A stretch of 64,000 nt of DNA, from contig DAONBX010000010.1 in the NCBI GenBank assembly GCA_035401705.1, positions 34 to 64,033 of the forward strand, given 5' to 3'. The notes beneath the pieces were generated by a model. That model did not search any database. It was not told the DNA's origin and saw only the letters and a list, made by a program, of their open reading frames with translations. A program made the translations under genes and the position numbers. Source of the DNA: Aeromicrobium sp. (lineage in GTDB: Bacteria > Actinomycetota > Actinomycetes > Propionibacteriales > Nocardioidaceae). This document shows, piece after piece, positions 18,644-30,046 of this stretch (positions are counted from its first letter, which is position 1; each line of letters opens with the position of its first letter).

Positions 18644-19885
18644 TCAGTTCTCCTCTTCCAACTTCAGGTCCGGCAGATCGTGACCCATCCGAGCCGCTTT
18701 CGTCTGCAAGTACCGCAGGTTGTCACTCGTTGGTGCGATCACGACCGGCAGCCGCTGAGCAACCTTCACGCCGTACTGCTCCAACTGGTTTGCCTTGTCC
18801 GGATTATTGGTCAACAAGCGAACCGACACGACGCCGAGGTTGCGCAAAATCTGCGCACCGGCGGCGTAGTCACGCTCATCCTCGCCAAACCCGAGGGCGA
18901 GATTGGCATCGACCGTGTCGTGACCCAAATCTTGGAGTTCGTAGGCCTGAAGTTTGTGTAGCAGGCCAATTCCGCGGCCCTCGTGACCACGCAGATAGAC
19001 CACAATCCCCGAGCCGTCCTTGGTCACCTCGGCCATCGAGGCTTCCAGTTGCGGGCCACAATCGCAGCGCCGCGAACCAAAAACGTCACCGGTTAGGCAT
19101 TCCGAATGCAGCCGAACCATTACCTCTTCGGTTCCCGGATCGCCATAAACGAGCGCGACATGTTCTGCACCTTCGACTCGATCGCGAAAACCGAACGCCT
19201 TGAACTCGCCGAACTCGGTCGGTAGGCGGGTCTCGGCCAAGCGCTCCACCTGAGTTTCATGGAGCCGCAAATGGATCTGTAAGTCTTCGATAGAGACGAG
19301 CGCCAGATCGTGTTCGTCAGCGAACTCGCGCAGCTCGGGCGCCCGCTTTAGCGTGCCGTCATCGTTCATCACTTCGCCGATGACACCGGCGGGCGTCAGG
19401 CCCGCTAGGCGGGCGAAGTCCACGGCTGCTTCGGTGTGGCCGGCGCGTTCAAGAACACCGGCAGGCTTGGCCCGAAGCGGCACAATGTGGCCTGGCTGAA
19501 CCAACTCGAACGGTTCGGTGGCCGAATCGGCCAGGACCCGGCAAGTCCGAGCCCGGTCAGCCGCCGAAATGCCGGTGGTAATCCCGTCACGAGCGTCGAT
19601 CGAGATCGTGTAGGCCGTGCGCATCATTTCGCGGTTATGCGGAGTCATCAACGGGATCGAAAGCCGGTCGAGAATCTCACCGGTGATCGGCGCGCAAATC
19701 AGTCCGCTTGAGTAGCGCACGAGGAAAGCCATCAGCTCAGGAGTTGACTTGGAGGCGGCGAAGATGATGTCGCCTTCGTTCTCGCGACTCTCGTCATCGA
19801 CGACGACGATTGCTTTTCCGGCCGCGATATCGGCGATCGCCCGCTCTATGCTGTCTAGCCGGACGCCGGGATACTGATCGCTCAT
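18644..19885 (-). CDS. ribBA: bifunctional 3,4-dihydroxy-2-butanone-4-phosphate synthase / GTP cyclohydrolase II
   Basis: DHBP synthase motif [12 protein letters not shown] and GCH-II motif [21 protein letters not shown]. Confidence 0.95.
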   Translation of the reverse strand: MSDQYPGVRLDSIERAIADIAAGKAIVVVDDESRENEGDIIFAASKSTPELMAFLVRYSSGLICAPITGEILDRLSIPLMTPHNREMMRTAYTISIDARDGITTGISAADRARTCRVLADSATEPFELVQPGHIVPLRAKPAGVLERAGHTEAAVDFARLAGLTPAGVIGEVMNDDGTLKRAPELREFADEHDLALVSIEDLQIHLRLHETQVERLAETRLPTEFGEFKAFGFRDRVEGAEHVALVYGDPGTEEVMVRLHSECLTGDVFGSRRCDCGPQLEASMAEVTKDGSGIVVYLRGHEGRGIGLLHKLQAYELQDLGHDTVDANLALGFGEDERDYAAGAQILRNLGVVSVRLLTNNPDKANQLEQYGVKVAQRLPVVIAPTSDNLRYLQTKAARMGHDLPDLKLEEEN

Positions 19886-20481
19886 GTTTGCGATCCTTTC
19901 TCGAGCAACCGCTCGACGTACTTGGCAATCACGTCAACCTCTAAGTTGACGCGGTCTCCGGGGTTTCGGGCGCCAAGCACAGTGTCGGCGATCGTGGTGG
20001 GGATGAGTGAAACGCTGAACCAGTCGTCGGCGGCTGCAACGACGGTCAGCGACGTGCCGTCGACGGTGATCGAGCCCTTTTCCACCAGGTAGCGACTCAA
20101 CTTCTGCGGCAAGGTGAACCGAAAAACTTCCCAGTGTTCGCTGGGGGTCCGGTCCAAGACGGTCGCGGTGCCATCGACATGGCCTTGGACAATGTGCCCG
20201 CCCATTCGCGCGCCGGCGGCCATTGCCCGCTCCAGGTTGACTTCGTCGCCAGTTTTCAGATCGCCCAAACTGGTGCGTTCTAGGCTCTCGCGCATCACAT
20301 CGGCGCTAAACGAATCGGCGGTTGGGTCGATGACCGTTAAGCAGCAGCCATTCACCGCGATCGAGTCACCGTGCTTGGCGTCGCTGGTGACCAACGGGCC
20401 ACGGATCGTCAAGCGAACCGAATCGCCAAGGTCATTCAGCGAAAGCACGGTCCCACGTTCTTCAATCAATCCGGTGAACAT
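19882..20481 (-). CDS. ribE: riboflavin synthase
   Basis: [12 protein letters not shown]...[13 protein letters not shown], with the repeated lumazine-binding half ...[12 protein letters not shown]. Confidence 0.95.
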   Translation of the reverse strand: MFTGLIEERGTVLSLNDLGDSVRLTIRGPLVTSDAKHGDSIAVNGCCLTVIDPTADSFSADVMRESLERTSLGDLKTGDEVNLERAMAAGARMGGHIVQGHVDGTATVLDRTPSEHWEVFRFTLPQKLSRYLVEKGSITVDGTSLTVVAAADDWFSVSLIPTTIADTVLGARNPGDRVNLEVDVIAKYVERLLEKGSQT

Positions 20482-21530
20482 CAGTGTTCGCCTCCGGTTC
20501 CCATGTCTTCGCGAGGTGCGCGACCAGGCGTGCCGATGATCCGAATGTCAGGACCGATCATGGTCAGATCGTTCAAGTCGATTGGTCGAATGTCGGCGAG
20601 GGTGGTCGCCTCGCCCTCAAGCGCAGCGCGGCCCGAACCGAGCATCGCAACCGCGTGATAGCCGATAACGCGGTGGATCAGGCCTTCACCCCAAAAGGCT
20701 CCCGCAAGCCTCGGACCACCTTCGAGCCAGACGTGATGGATGCCTTCGGCGTGGAGCAGACTGAGTACCTCGTGCGGGTCGCGGGACCTAATTTGACGAG
20801 TCGGCGCGGTTCGGTCAAAGACTCGGTAATAGTCCGGAATATTGGATTCGCCAACTATTACCCGCAGCGGCTGCTGGTCAAACGGCAACGGGAGATCGTT
20901 TTCGTCGCGCACCGTCAACCTTGGGTCGTCGGCCAACACCGAGTACGTACCCGCAACGATCGCATCGCATTCGGCCCGAAATTGCTGAACGTCACGGCGG
21001 GCGGCCTCACTGGTAATCCATTTGCTTGAGCCGTCTGGCGCGGCGCTCAGTCCGTCCAAGGTGGCCGCGTATTTCCAAGTCACGAACGGGCGCGGGTGGC
21101 GATAGCGAAATGCCCACGGTTCGATCAGTGCGTCAGTTTGTTCGACGCAGACGCCGCCTTCAACGTCGATGCCGGCGGCCGAAAGAGCAGCCGCTCCCCC
21201 AGCACCTGCTGCCGGGTCAGTCGACCCGAAAACAACTCGGCTGACGCCGGCGTCGATCAGTGCGGTTGTACATGGTCCGGTACGGCCGGTGTGATTGCAC
21301 GGTTCGAGGGTGACCACAGCTGTCGCGCCACGGGCGCGCTCACCAGCTTGGGAGAGCGCATCGACCTCCGCGTGTGGTGTACCCGCCCCCCGATGGGTGC
21401 CAACGGCCAACTGTGTACCGTCGGCGTCCAGCAGGACACAGCCGACCCGAGGATTAGGCAGGGTGCGGCCAGCGGTTGCGGCGGCTTCAAGAGCGCGCGC
21501 CATCGCGTCGATCTCAATCTGGTTGGCCAC
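20481..21530 (-). CDS. ribD: bifunctional pyrimidine deaminase / 5-amino-6-(5-phosphoribosylamino)uracil reductase
   Basis: Deaminase zinc motif HAEVDAL...TLEPCNHTGRTGPC plus a C-terminal reductase domain. Only 17 nt separate it from rpe. Confidence 0.93.
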   Translation of the reverse strand: MANQIEIDAMARALEAAATAGRTLPNPRVGCVLLDADGTQLAVGTHRGAGTPHAEVDALSQAGERARGATAVVTLEPCNHTGRTGPCTTALIDAGVSRVVFGSTDPAAGAGGAAALSAAGIDVEGGVCVEQTDALIEPWAFRYRHPRPFVTWKYAATLDGLSAAPDGSSKWITSEAARRDVQQFRAECDAIVAGTYSVLADDPRLTVRDENDLPLPFDQQPLRVIVGESNIPDYYRVFDRTAPTRQIRSRDPHEVLSLLHAEGIHHVWLEGGPRLAGAFWGEGLIHRVIGYHAVAMLGSGRAALEGEATTLADIRPIDLNDLTMIGPDIRIIGTPGRAPREDMGTGGEH

Positions 21531-21547
21531 CGAAGAAGTCTACTTGC

Positions 21548-22204
21548 TCAGTGGCAAGCGGTTACGGCCGTCTGGCGAAGCCGGTCAACCATGTCGCCTG
21601 GGTCGGCGGCGCTGTAGACGGCTGAACCAGCCACAAAGGTGTCCGCGCCCGCCTCAGCGCAGCGTTCAATAGTTTCCAGAGAGACGCCGCCATCAACCTG
21701 TAGCCAAATGTCGCCGCCAACCTTATCGAGCAAGGCACGAGTGCGGCGAATTTTAGGCAGACACATGTCGAGGAACTTCTGGCCGCCAAAACCTGGCTCA
21801 ACGGTCATGATCAACACCATGTCCAGTTCAGGCAACAAATCTTCGTAGGGTTCGATCGCAGTGGCCGGTTTGAGCGCCATCGAGGCGCGCGCGCCCTTCG
21901 CGCGCAGCTCTCGAGCCAAACGCACTGGCGCCTTGGCCGCCTCGATATGGAAAGTCACGCTAGAGGCACCGGCCTCGACGAACTGCGGTGCCCAGCGATC
22001 GGGATCCTCAATCATCAGGTGAGCATCAATGGGTTGGGACGCGGCCTTTGCCAGCGCCTCAATTACCGGTGCGCCAAGCGTCAGGTTCGGCACAAAGTGG
22101 TTGTCCATCACGTCCATGTGCAAGAAGTCCGCCGTTGGGATCCGCGCGGCCTCGGCGGCCAGATTGGCGAAATCAGCGTTGAGCAAGCTAGGCGTGATGC
22201 GCAT
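21548..22204 (-). CDS. rpe: ribulose-phosphate 3-epimerase
   Basis: [13 protein letters not shown]...[14 protein letters not shown]...[12 protein letters not shown]. Confidence 0.95.
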   Translation of the reverse strand: MRITPSLLNADFANLAAEAARIPTADFLHMDVMDNHFVPNLTLGAPVIEALAKAASQPIDAHLMIEDPDRWAPQFVEAGASSVTFHIEAAKAPVRLARELRAKGARASMALKPATAIEPYEDLLPELDMVLIMTVEPGFGGQKFLDMCLPKIRRTRALLDKVGGDIWLQVDGGVSLETIERCAEAGADTFVAGSAVYSAADPGDMVDRLRQTAVTACH

Positions 22205-22220
22205 GAGGCGAGGGTATCGC

Positions 22221-23477
22221 TCAGGAGCGACGCAAGATCGCCAGGTACATCGCGTCCGTGCCGTCTAGGTGCGGCCACCAGCGGTATTCAGCCTCCAACG
22301 CCAGTTCGGGTCGCTCAGAAAGAACGGCATCGACAACCTCGCGCGTTTCGGCCAGCAGCGGCGAGCAAGTTGCATAGCCGACCACGCCGCCAACTCTGAC
22401 TAAGTCTGCCGCGTTAGTTAATAGTTGGGTCTGCAGCGCAACAAGTTCTGGCACGTCTTGGGGTTTGCGGCGCCAACGTGCTTCTGGTCGCCGACGCAAG
22501 GCGCCCAGTCCGGTACAAGGCGCGTCGAGTAGAACCCGGTCGAAAGACTCATCTTCCCAAGGTCCTTCTCGACCATCGTGCACGGTCACCTGAAAGTTTT
22601 TCAGCGCCCGGACGGACTGACGGACTAATTCGGCTCGGTGAGGTTGCACTTCGTTTGCGACCAGAGTCGCGCCGCGTTGGGCGGCCAGTGCACCCAGGAG
22701 GGCAGCCTTTCCGCCTGGGCCGGCGGCCAGATCTAGCCAGTTTGTGTCGTAACCAGCGACTTTCGCTTGAGCCAAGGTGATGGCAACCAGCTGGGAGCCT
22801 TCGTCCTGAACCGCGGCCCGGCCATCGCGAACCGCCGGGATATTGCCGGGGTCGCCACTGTCGAGAATCTTGGCGTAGGGGCTAAGTAGGCCCGGCTCGC
22901 CGGGAAGTTCGCTTGGGTCGACTAGGCCAGGTCGCGCAACTAAGGTCACCTTTGGCGTGGCGTTGTCGGCCGCCAGCAGAGCTTCCAACTGTTCTGAGCC
23001 GACCGACTTTTCCAGCTCAGTTATCACCCATTCGGGATGCGAATAGCGCACCGAGAGTTCTTGGACACGGCTCAGGCCAGGAGTTAGTTCGGCGAGCCAC
23101 TCGTCGAGGTCCTTGGCAGCAATCTTGCGCAAAACTGCGTTGGTGAAACCGACCGGACGATGCCCGAGTTTGTACCGGACCAGCCGCACTGTGGTGTCCA
23201 CCGCAGCGTGGGCGGGCACTCGCATCGCTAAAAGCTGGTGCGTGCCCAGGCGCAAGGCATCGCGCACTGCTGGCGCAACTTTGCTCGTGGCCACCGAATC
23301 GATGATGGCGTCATAAGTTCCCTGCCGCCGAATCGTGTTGTGGGTCAGTTCTGTTGCCAACGCAGCGTCTCGGGTCGACAGTCCCTTAAGCATCGTGGGC
23401 AGCAACAGGTTTACGTAGGCGTCGCGTTCGCGCGCCGCCACCATCACGTCATAGGCGATTTCGCGGGGGTCGCTCAT
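22221..23477 (-). CDS. rsmB: 16S rRNA (cytosine-C5)-methyltransferase (RsmB/Sun family)
   Basis: NusB-like N-domain. SAM motif [10 protein letters not shown] and catalytic region [20 protein letters not shown]...YATCS. Confidence 0.88.
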   Translation of the reverse strand: MSDPREIAYDVMVAARERDAYVNLLLPTMLKGLSTRDAALATELTHNTIRRQGTYDAIIDSVATSKVAPAVRDALRLGTHQLLAMRVPAHAAVDTTVRLVRYKLGHRPVGFTNAVLRKIAAKDLDEWLAELTPGLSRVQELSVRYSHPEWVITELEKSVGSEQLEALLAADNATPKVTLVARPGLVDPSELPGEPGLLSPYAKILDSGDPGNIPAVRDGRAAVQDEGSQLVAITLAQAKVAGYDTNWLDLAAGPGGKAALLGALAAQRGATLVANEVQPHRAELVRQSVRALKNFQVTVHDGREGPWEDESFDRVLLDAPCTGLGALRRRPEARWRRKPQDVPELVALQTQLLTNAADLVRVGGVVGYATCSPLLAETREVVDAVLSERPELALEAEYRWWPHLDGTDAMYLAILRRS

Positions 23478-24397
23478 GAGAAAACCACCTCGGTTGCGCC
23501 GCCTAGTCCGCGACCCCAGTCCGGCGCAGACATCGGTTTCTTTGCCGGCGGTTGGACTTGGGTAAGAACTATGTCGGTCGTGCCCGTGCCGACGCGTACT
23601 TCTCGCTTAGAAATTGTTGCGACGCCAGGGGCGAGGGTGGATTCGTCGGTGACTCGAACCGGGGCAACCTTGAGCCTCAAGTCGCCTAACTCGGTCCACG
23701 CCCCCGGGGCGGGAGTACATCCTCGGATCTGTCGATCGATCGCAAACGAGGGTCGATGCCAGTCGATCCGGCCGTCTTCGGTGGAGAGCTTTTCGGCGTA
23801 ACTGACCGCGTCTTCAGACTGGGTGACCGCACCAATGTCGCCGTCTTCGATGTGGTCGACCACATCGGCAACCAGCGCCGCACCCTGATCAGAAAGCCGG
23901 TCCAATAGGACCCCAGCAGTGTCTTCGTCCTTGATTCTTTCGGTGATCGTTCCTAGGACTGGGCCGGCGTCGAGGGCTTCGACCAAACTGAATACGGTCG
24001 CGCCGGTGATCTCGTCGCCGGCCATAATCGACCGCTGCACCGGCGCCGCGCCGCGCCAAGCGGGCAGGACCGAGTAGTGCAAGTTGATCCAGCCGAACTC
24101 CAGGGCGTCGAGCACATCTCGACGCAAGATCGCCCCGTAAGCCACGATCACCCCTAGTCGAGCATCCGTATCGACCAGTGTCTGGAGAAATTGCGGATCC
24201 GACGTCGAAGCCGGCTTGAAAACCGTGATCCCGTGCGCTTCGGCGGCGACTGCCACTGGCGAAGGCTGGAGCGTTCGTCCGCGACCTACCCTCGCGTCGG
24301 GGCGGGTAACCACCGCGACCACTTCGTGGCGGCTGGCGATAAGTGCTTCCAGGGTCGGTACCGCTGTGGCCGGTGTCCCGGCAAAGACGATCTTCAC
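23474..24397 (-). CDS. fmt: methionyl-tRNA formyltransferase
   Basis: MKIVFAGTPATAVPTLEAL...NLHYSVLPAWRGAAPVQ. Confidence 0.95.
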   Translation of the reverse strand: MKIVFAGTPATAVPTLEALIASRHEVVAVVTRPDARVGRGRTLQPSPVAVAAEAHGITVFKPASTSDPQFLQTLVDTDARLGVIVAYGAILRRDVLDALEFGWINLHYSVLPAWRGAAPVQRSIMAGDEITGATVFSLVEALDAGPVLGTITERIKDEDTAGVLLDRLSDQGAALVADVVDHIEDGDIGAVTQSEDAVSYAEKLSTEDGRIDWHRPSFAIDRQIRGCTPAPGAWTELGDLRLKVAPVRVTDESTLAPGVATISKREVRVGTGTTDIVLTQVQPPAKKPMSAPDWGRGLGGATEVVFS

Positions 24398-24419
24398 TCG
24401 CCGAGTCTATGGGGTTTGC

Positions 24420-26306
24420 TCAGAAGGCTGCCGGGTCGATCTGGATCCGCACACCGGTCTCTTTGGCGGCACTGCGCTCGGCCGCCAAATCCTTTAGGAC
24501 TTTCGCGAGCGCCATTCCCTCTCGCCGCGGCACTCGCAGGATCAACCGTTCCTTGCCTTGGTCTGCCGGCACCGGCCCGAGCACGTCGACGAACGACGGC
24601 CAATCGCCATTGGCGAGTTGCTCGACTACTTGGGGCGGCCCGTCGATTGCCGCGAGTCGACCAACCGGAGGCAAATGAGTTTGGGCGCGTTCGGCGAGTT
24701 CACGAACCGCGACCCCGGCTGGGTCAGCGCGAACCAAACCTTGCAGCGTCGACGGGTCCCCCACCGCCACAGCGCTAGCGCCATAAGCGGCCAAAGCAAG
24801 CGCATTGAACCAGCGCCGGTATGACTCTTCGACAACTCGGACATCATCTCGCCCGAGCATCAGCCAAGTGTCAAGCAGGACCACGAGCGCGTAACCGTGC
24901 GGCACAGTTGGTTCGGCCCCGGGGGTGGCGAGCACGAGCTGGTTTTCAGCCGCTGGTATTTCGCTGAGGACTTGGTCGCCGCCGGAGGTGACGATCGCAC
25001 GATCGCTGAAGGCCGCCGCGAATTCCTCGGCGGTACGCAACTGGCCAATCACCGGCGACCGCAAGTTGACCCCCTGGCAGTTCGAACAGCGCCACGGTGA
25101 GTCTGGCTTTGCACACCAGCGGCAAACTAGCGGGGCATCTGCCCGCTGCTGGACTAACGGGCCCTCGCAGTCTTTGCACCTTGCCGGCTCGCGGCAGTCG
25201 TTACACGAAAGTGCGCTGCGGTAGCCACGCCGCGGCACTTGAATCAGCACCGGCCCCGTCGCGGCCCGAATCGCCTTGAATACGGCTTGCGGCAACCGCA
25301 CGGGTACGTCACCATGTTCGGTGCCGTCGGTTACCTCAACTCTGGGCCATTCACGCCGACGCGACGGTTGATCGGCCACCAGTTCGCTGCACCAACCGTT
25401 GTCGACTAGCGACTGCGCCTCGGCCGTCCGGGCAAAACCGGCGATCAAGACAGCCGAGCCGGTCTGGCTCGCACGAGTCAGCAGGACTTCACGCGTGTGC
25501 GGATATGGCGCGCGGGGTTCGGCGAAAAGATCATCACCGTCATCCCATATCGCCACCAGCCCAAGGTTCTTCACCGGCGCGTAGGCCGCAGCTCTGGTGC
25601 CTAACACCACCGCTACTTCGCCGCGAGCCACCCGCAGGAAGTTTCGGTAGCGCGCGGCCGGTTTGTCTCCAGCAGACAGGGCGACATGGACGTCCGGGCC
25701 GAGTGCTTCGGCAAATACGGTGTCCCAGTGAGCCAGGTCGCGCGCGTCTGGCACGCACACCACAGCACCGCGACCAGAACGGACGACCGCGCTGACCGCT
25801 TCAGCAACTGCTCTTGCTGGCTCGTGCCGAGGAAGCGGATTGAAAACCGTCCGCGGCGACTCTCCTGCCAGCAGCGCCTCAACGAACTCGGCACCACGAA
25901 AGTAGACGTGCCAAGACGACGAGCCGATGTCTGGCGGCGGATCGGCTGGCGTCTCGTGTGGCCTTGCTTCGGCTCGAGCGCTTCGCGGCGGAACCGCCAG
26001 CCGCAGCACGTCGGCGATCGTACCCGCGTAGCGGTCGGCCACCGCTCGACAAAGTCGCGCGACCTCGCCGGTTAGCACCGGTTCGGGCGACACGACTTTG
26101 GCTATCGGCGCGAGTTTGCCTTCGTGCTGGCTCGCGTCGATCAGCTCAAGGACGAACCCGTCGACAAGTCGACCGGCAAAACGTACCTTTACCCGAGCCC
26201 CTGGCACGACTTCGGCTGTTAGGTCGTCACCGACTAGATAGTCGAAAGGCCGGTCAAGGTGCGACAACGGCGTGTCGACCAGGACCCTGGCGACCCGCGC
26301 GGACAA
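24420..26306 (-). CDS. priA: primosomal protein N' homologue (actinobacterial type with degenerate ATPase motifs)
   Basis: PriA N-terminal DNA-binding region (RVLVDTPLSHLDRPFDYLV...GARVKVRFAGR) and four-CxxC zinc module (CNDC..CKDC....CRWC....CSNC). No GxGKT Walker A is visible. Confidence 0.85.
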   Translation of the reverse strand: MSARVARVLVDTPLSHLDRPFDYLVGDDLTAEVVPGARVKVRFAGRLVDGFVLELIDASQHEGKLAPIAKVVSPEPVLTGEVARLCRAVADRYAGTIADVLRLAVPPRSARAEARPHETPADPPPDIGSSSWHVYFRGAEFVEALLAGESPRTVFNPLPRHEPARAVAEAVSAVVRSGRGAVVCVPDARDLAHWDTVFAEALGPDVHVALSAGDKPAARYRNFLRVARGEVAVVLGTRAAAYAPVKNLGLVAIWDDGDDLFAEPRAPYPHTREVLLTRASQTGSAVLIAGFARTAEAQSLVDNGWCSELVADQPSRRREWPRVEVTDGTEHGDVPVRLPQAVFKAIRAATGPVLIQVPRRGYRSALSCNDCREPARCKDCEGPLVQQRADAPLVCRWCAKPDSPWRCSNCQGVNLRSPVIGQLRTAEEFAAAFSDRAIVTSGGDQVLSEIPAAENQLVLATPGAEPTVPHGYALVVLLDTWLMLGRDDVRVVEESYRRWFNALALAAYGASAVAVGDPSTLQGLVRADPAGVAVRELAERAQTHLPPVGRLAAIDGPPQVVEQLANGDWPSFVDVLGPVPADQGKERLILRVPRREGMALAKVLKDLAAERSAAKETGVRIQIDPAAF

Positions 26307-26314
26307 GGCTTCGA

Positions 26315-27502
26315 TCAGCCGCCGATGGCTGCGCGCAAGGCGTCAACACGATCGGTGTTCTCCCACGGCAATCCGTCGCGACCGAAGTGGCCGTAGGCGG
26401 CGGTTTCGGCGTAGATCGGACGCAGTAGATCGAGGTCGCGCACGATTGCCGCCGGCCGCAGGTCGAAGACTTCAAGAACGGCTTCGCGGATCTTGTCGAC
26501 TGGAGCGGTTTCGGTGCCGTAGGTATCAACGTAGAAGCCCACTGGATGGGCAACGCCGATCGCGTAAGCCACCTGAACCTCAGCCTTGGTCGCCAGACCA
26601 GCGGCAACGATGTTCTTGGCTACCCAACGCATCGCGTACGCGGCCGAACGGTCAACCTTGCTCGGATCCTTGCCGCTGAATGCGCCGCCGCCGTGGCGGG
26701 CGTAGCCGCCGTAAGTGTCAACGATGATTTTTCGGCCAGTCAGTCCCGCATCGCCCATCGGCCCACCGATGACGAACTTGCCGGTCGGGTTGATGTGCGA
26801 CTTGTAGTCAGACGAATCGATGTCGTACTGATCCAGCACCGCGTCGATCACGTGCTTCTTCAGGTCTTGGGGCAACTGGTTTTCCAAGTCGACGCCGTCT
26901 TCGTGCTGAGTCGAGATGACGATGGCCTCAACCCGAACCGGCTTGTCGTTGTCGTCATATTCGATCGTGACTTGGGTCTTGCCGTCCGGGCGCAGGTACG
27001 GCAGCGTGCCGTCCTTTCGGACCTTGGTCAGTTGCTCGGAGAGGCGGTGCGCGATCGTGATCGGCAACGGCATCAGTTCGGGCGTCTCGTCGCAGGCGAA
27101 GCCGAACATCAGGCCCTGGTCGCCGGCACCCTGTAGGTCAAGTTCGTCGGTTGCTCCACCAACGCGGACTTCCTCGGCCTTGTCAACGCCCTGAGCGATA
27201 TCGGGCGATTGGGCGTCGAGGGTGACCTGAACCGCGCAGGATTCGCCATCGAAGCCCTTGGTCGAGGAGTCATAGCCGATCTCGAGCACGCGATCGCGAG
27301 CAATCCGGGCGATATCAACGTATGCCTCAGTCGTTACTTCACCACCGACGAGAACTAGACCAGTCGTCACGAACGTCTCGGCGGCAACCCGACTCTTGGG
27401 GTCTTGCGCCAACAGGGCGTCGAGAATGCTGTCGCTGATCTGGTCAGCAATTTTGTCCGGGTGACCTTCGGTCACGGACTCGGAGGTGAAAAGACGGCTC
27501 AC
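26315..27502 (-). CDS. metK: S-adenosylmethionine synthase
   Basis: [22 protein letters not shown] and [10 protein letters not shown] motifs. The GTG at 27502, preceded by GAGAGG, is preferred over the ORF-track ATG at 27559. Confidence 0.95.
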   Translation of the reverse strand: MSRLFTSESVTEGHPDKIADQISDSILDALLAQDPKSRVAAETFVTTGLVLVGGEVTTEAYVDIARIARDRVLEIGYDSSTKGFDGESCAVQVTLDAQSPDIAQGVDKAEEVRVGGATDELDLQGAGDQGLMFGFACDETPELMPLPITIAHRLSEQLTKVRKDGTLPYLRPDGKTQVTIEYDDNDKPVRVEAIVISTQHEDGVDLENQLPQDLKKHVIDAVLDQYDIDSSDYKSHINPTGKFVIGGPMGDAGLTGRKIIVDTYGGYARHGGGAFSGKDPSKVDRSAAYAMRWVAKNIVAAGLATKAEVQVAYAIGVAHPVGFYVDTYGTETAPVDKIREAVLEVFDLRPAAIVRDLDLLRPIYAETAAYGHFGRDGLPWENTDRVDALRAAIGG

Positions 27503-27588
27503 TGGGTACCTCTCTGGCTCAATTACGTATGTTCGACTGTAGTCGGGGGTGGGAGTCAAAAACTAAAATGTGTCCACTTTCTGGATGG

Positions 27589-28791
27589 TCATTCCAGTAT
27601 TTGGACAACTTCGTCCCAGATCGCATGTGCGATCGTGGACTTGTCGGCGCGAGCGACCAGGTGTTCAGTCCCATCGGCGCGAAGAATCGTTACCTCGTTG
27701 TCGGGCCTACCAAATACCTGCTCTGCACCGACATCGTTGACCACTAGCAAGTCGCAGCCCTTACGCGCCAACTTCTGGCGGGCATGGTCGAGAACCGAGC
27801 CGTTCTCATCACCGGTCTCGGCGGCGAAACCAGCAATCACCGGGGTTTTGCCGGCCCGAGTTGAAACAAGTTCGCGCAAAATGTCCGGGTTTTCTACCAG
27901 CTCAATCGTCGGGGTGGACCCATCGGCGCGCTTTTTAATCTTGGCGCCGGCAACTTCGGAAGGCCGAAAGTCTGCTGGCGCGGCGGCCATAACGACCACG
28001 TCGGCTTCCTCGCTGGCCGCGAGCACCGCTTCGCGAAGCTCAGCGGTAGTGACCACTGGCTCTACTTTGACGCCGACTGGAACTTCAATCGTGACATTCG
28101 CGGCCACCAAAGTAACTTGGGCACCGCGCGCGAGCGCAGCCTCGGCCAGAGCAACACCTTGCAAGCCAGACGAACGATTGCCTAGATAACGAACCGGGTC
28201 CAAGAACTCGCGGGTGCCGCCCGCCGAAACCACGACGTGTCGACCAGCTAGGTCTTGCGTTCGTCCGGTGAGGGTTTTGAGGCAAACTGCGTAGATTTCC
28301 TCGGGTTCAGGTAACCGTCCTGGACCGGTGTCGGCGCCAGTTAGTCGGCCAGATGCCGGGTCAATCACCAAAATGCCGCGAGCGCGCAGCGTCGCCACGT
28401 TCTCGACCGTTGCACTGTGTTCCCACATTTCGGTGTGCATCGCCGGCGCCATCACGACCGGGCACCGAGCCGTCAATAGCGTGTTGGTCAGCAGATCGTC
28501 AGCTAGACCGTGAGCCGCACGAGCGATGGTATTTGCCGTTGCCGGTGCGACCACGACCAAGTCTGCAGTCTGCCCAAGGCGTACGTGCGGAACTTCGTCA
28601 ATGCGCTCAAATACCTCGGTTTGCACCGGGTGACCTGAAAGCGCCTCCCAAGTCGCCGCACCAACAAATTCGAGTGCGGCGGCCGTCGGGACCACCTGGA
28701 CGTCATGTCCAGCCTCGGTGAACAGCCGAACTAAAAGCGCTGCTTTGTAGGCAGCGACACCGCCGGTTACGCCAAGGACGATGCGGCTCAT
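27589..28791 (-). CDS. coaBC: bifunctional phosphopantothenoylcysteine decarboxylase / phosphopantothenate--cysteine ligase
   Basis: Flavoprotein N-domain (IVLGVTGGVAAYKA...PAMHTEMW) and CoaB C-domain (VSAGGTREFLDPVRYLGNRSSG). Confidence 0.93.
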   Translation of the reverse strand: MSRIVLGVTGGVAAYKAALLVRLFTEAGHDVQVVPTAAALEFVGAATWEALSGHPVQTEVFERIDEVPHVRLGQTADLVVVAPATANTIARAAHGLADDLLTNTLLTARCPVVMAPAMHTEMWEHSATVENVATLRARGILVIDPASGRLTGADTGPGRLPEPEEIYAVCLKTLTGRTQDLAGRHVVVSAGGTREFLDPVRYLGNRSSGLQGVALAEAALARGAQVTLVAANVTIEVPVGVKVEPVVTTAELREAVLAASEEADVVVMAAAPADFRPSEVAGAKIKKRADGSTPTIELVENPDILRELVSTRAGKTPVIAGFAAETGDENGSVLDHARQKLARKGCDLLVVNDVGAEQVFGRPDNEVTILRADGTEHLVARADKSTIAHAIWDEVVQILE

Positions 28792-28801
28792 CGCGACAGG
28801 C

Positions 28802-29098
28802 TCAGGCCTCGTCGGTGGCCTCGGCCACAGTGCCCTCGGCGGGCAAATCCTCGACCGTCAACAAGTCGGCGTTGATCTCGCGAAGCGCGATCGATAGCGG
28901 CTTCTCCTCGACGGCGGTCTCGAGCAACGGGCCGACGTACTCCAGCAGGCCTTCGCCCAACTGGGAGTAGTACGCGTTGATCTGACGGGCGCGCTTGGCG
29001 CTGTACAAGACCAGTCGGTACTTGGAGTCTGCCTTCTCGAGCAGGTCATCGATAGGCGGGTTGGTGATGCCTTCGGCAGTAGAACGCGTCGTGGACAC
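28802..29098 (-). CDS. rpoZ: DNA-directed RNA polymerase subunit omega
   Basis: [35 protein letters not shown]. Confidence 0.93.
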   Translation of the reverse strand: MSTTRSTAEGITNPPIDDLLEKADSKYRLVLYSAKRARQINAYYSQLGEGLLEYVGPLLETAVEEKPLSIALREINADLLTVEDLPAEGTVAEATDEA

Positions 29099-29124
29099 TC
29101 AGGTTCTCCAGAAGTTTCTAGGTT

Positions 29125-29700
29125 TCAACCGGCGTCAACTGACGAACCGGAACTAAACAAGTCTACCAACTCTTGACCGGCTTTCTCGACTTCGGTGTTG
29201 GTGATCACCACATCGAATTCGGCAACCGCCGCCAATTCCTGTCGTGCCGTGGCCAAGCGCCGCTCGCGTTCGGCCTCGTTCTCGGTCCCGCGGCCGACAA
29301 GTCGACTGACCAATTCTTCCCAACTGGGGGGCGCGAGGAACACCATCACCGCGTCGGGAGCATGCTGCTTTACCTGCCTAGCGCCCTGTAGATCGATCTC
29401 TAGTAATACCGAATTTCCAGCAGCCAACTGATCCTCGACGGCTTTGCGCGGGGTGCCGTAACGGTTCACCCCATGGACCGTCGCCCACTCCAACAGCCCG
29501 TCCGAATCGATTAGGTGATCGAACTCTTTGGCCGACACGAAGTGGTAGTGCTGCCCGTCGACTTCGCCGGGGCGAGGAGCGCGAGTGGTGGCCGAGACCG
29601 ACATGGTGATTTCGGGGTGGTGGTCACGGACCCAGGCTGCGACGGTCCCCTTACCAACCGCGGTTGGCCCGGCCAACACGATTAGTTTCGCTCCACTCAT
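29125..29700 (-). CDS. gmk: guanylate kinase
   Basis: P-loop [30 protein letters not shown] and LEIDLQGA. Confidence 0.93.
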   Translation of the reverse strand: MSGAKLIVLAGPTAVGKGTVAAWVRDHHPEITMSVSATTRAPRPGEVDGQHYHFVSAKEFDHLIDSDGLLEWATVHGVNRYGTPRKAVEDQLAAGNSVLLEIDLQGARQVKQHAPDAVMVFLAPPSWEELVSRLVGRGTENEAERERRLATARQELAAVAEFDVVITNTEVEKAGQELVDLFSSGSSVDAG

Positions 29701-30017
29701 CCGCGGCGCGCGATCTCGGCGATCAGACCGGCCGACTGGTTCGATCCCAGCCCACGTAACCGGCGGCTCTCGGCGATCTTCAAATCCGCCATGATCTGTT
29801 GGGCAGTCAACTTTCCGATGCCTGGAATTGCCTGCAAAAGGTCTAGAACCTTGATTTTTGCAATTGCTTCGTTTGTTTTTGCTTCGGCGAGAACTTCAGC
29901 AACTGATGCCCCCGAGTGGCGCAGTCGGTTCTTTACTTCGGCGCGCACGAGCCGGGCAGCCGAAGCCTTGGCCAAAGCTTCGCGTCGCTGTTCATCACTC
30001 AGTTCGGGAAGTGCCAC
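29697..30017 (-). CDS. mihF: actinobacterial integration host factor
   Basis: [27 protein letters not shown]...[20 protein letters not shown] is typical of mIHF. Conserved position upstream of gmk. Confidence 0.88.
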   Translation of the reverse strand: MALPELSDEQRREALAKASAARLVRAEVKNRLRHSGASVAEVLAEAKTNEAIAKIKVLDLLQAIPGIGKLTAQQIMADLKIAESRRLRGLGSNQSAGLIAEIARRG

Positions 30018-30046
30018 TGTTCTAACGTCCTTCGCGTACTCGTTGG

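Noticed and set aside
21531-21547. Expected FMN riboswitch upstream of the ribD-ribE-ribBA-ribH cluster
   Set aside because: Only 17 nt separate the rpe stop from the ribD start, so there is no room for a ~130-nt aptamer. The rib genes appear co-transcribed with fmt-rsmB-rpe.
27503-27588. Possible SAM riboswitch or terminator in the metK leader
   Set aside because: The gap is only 86 nt and must also hold the promoter. I found only a weak 5-bp hairpin overlapping the coaBC stop and a T-rich stretch, with no SAM-I or SAM-IV conserved blocks.
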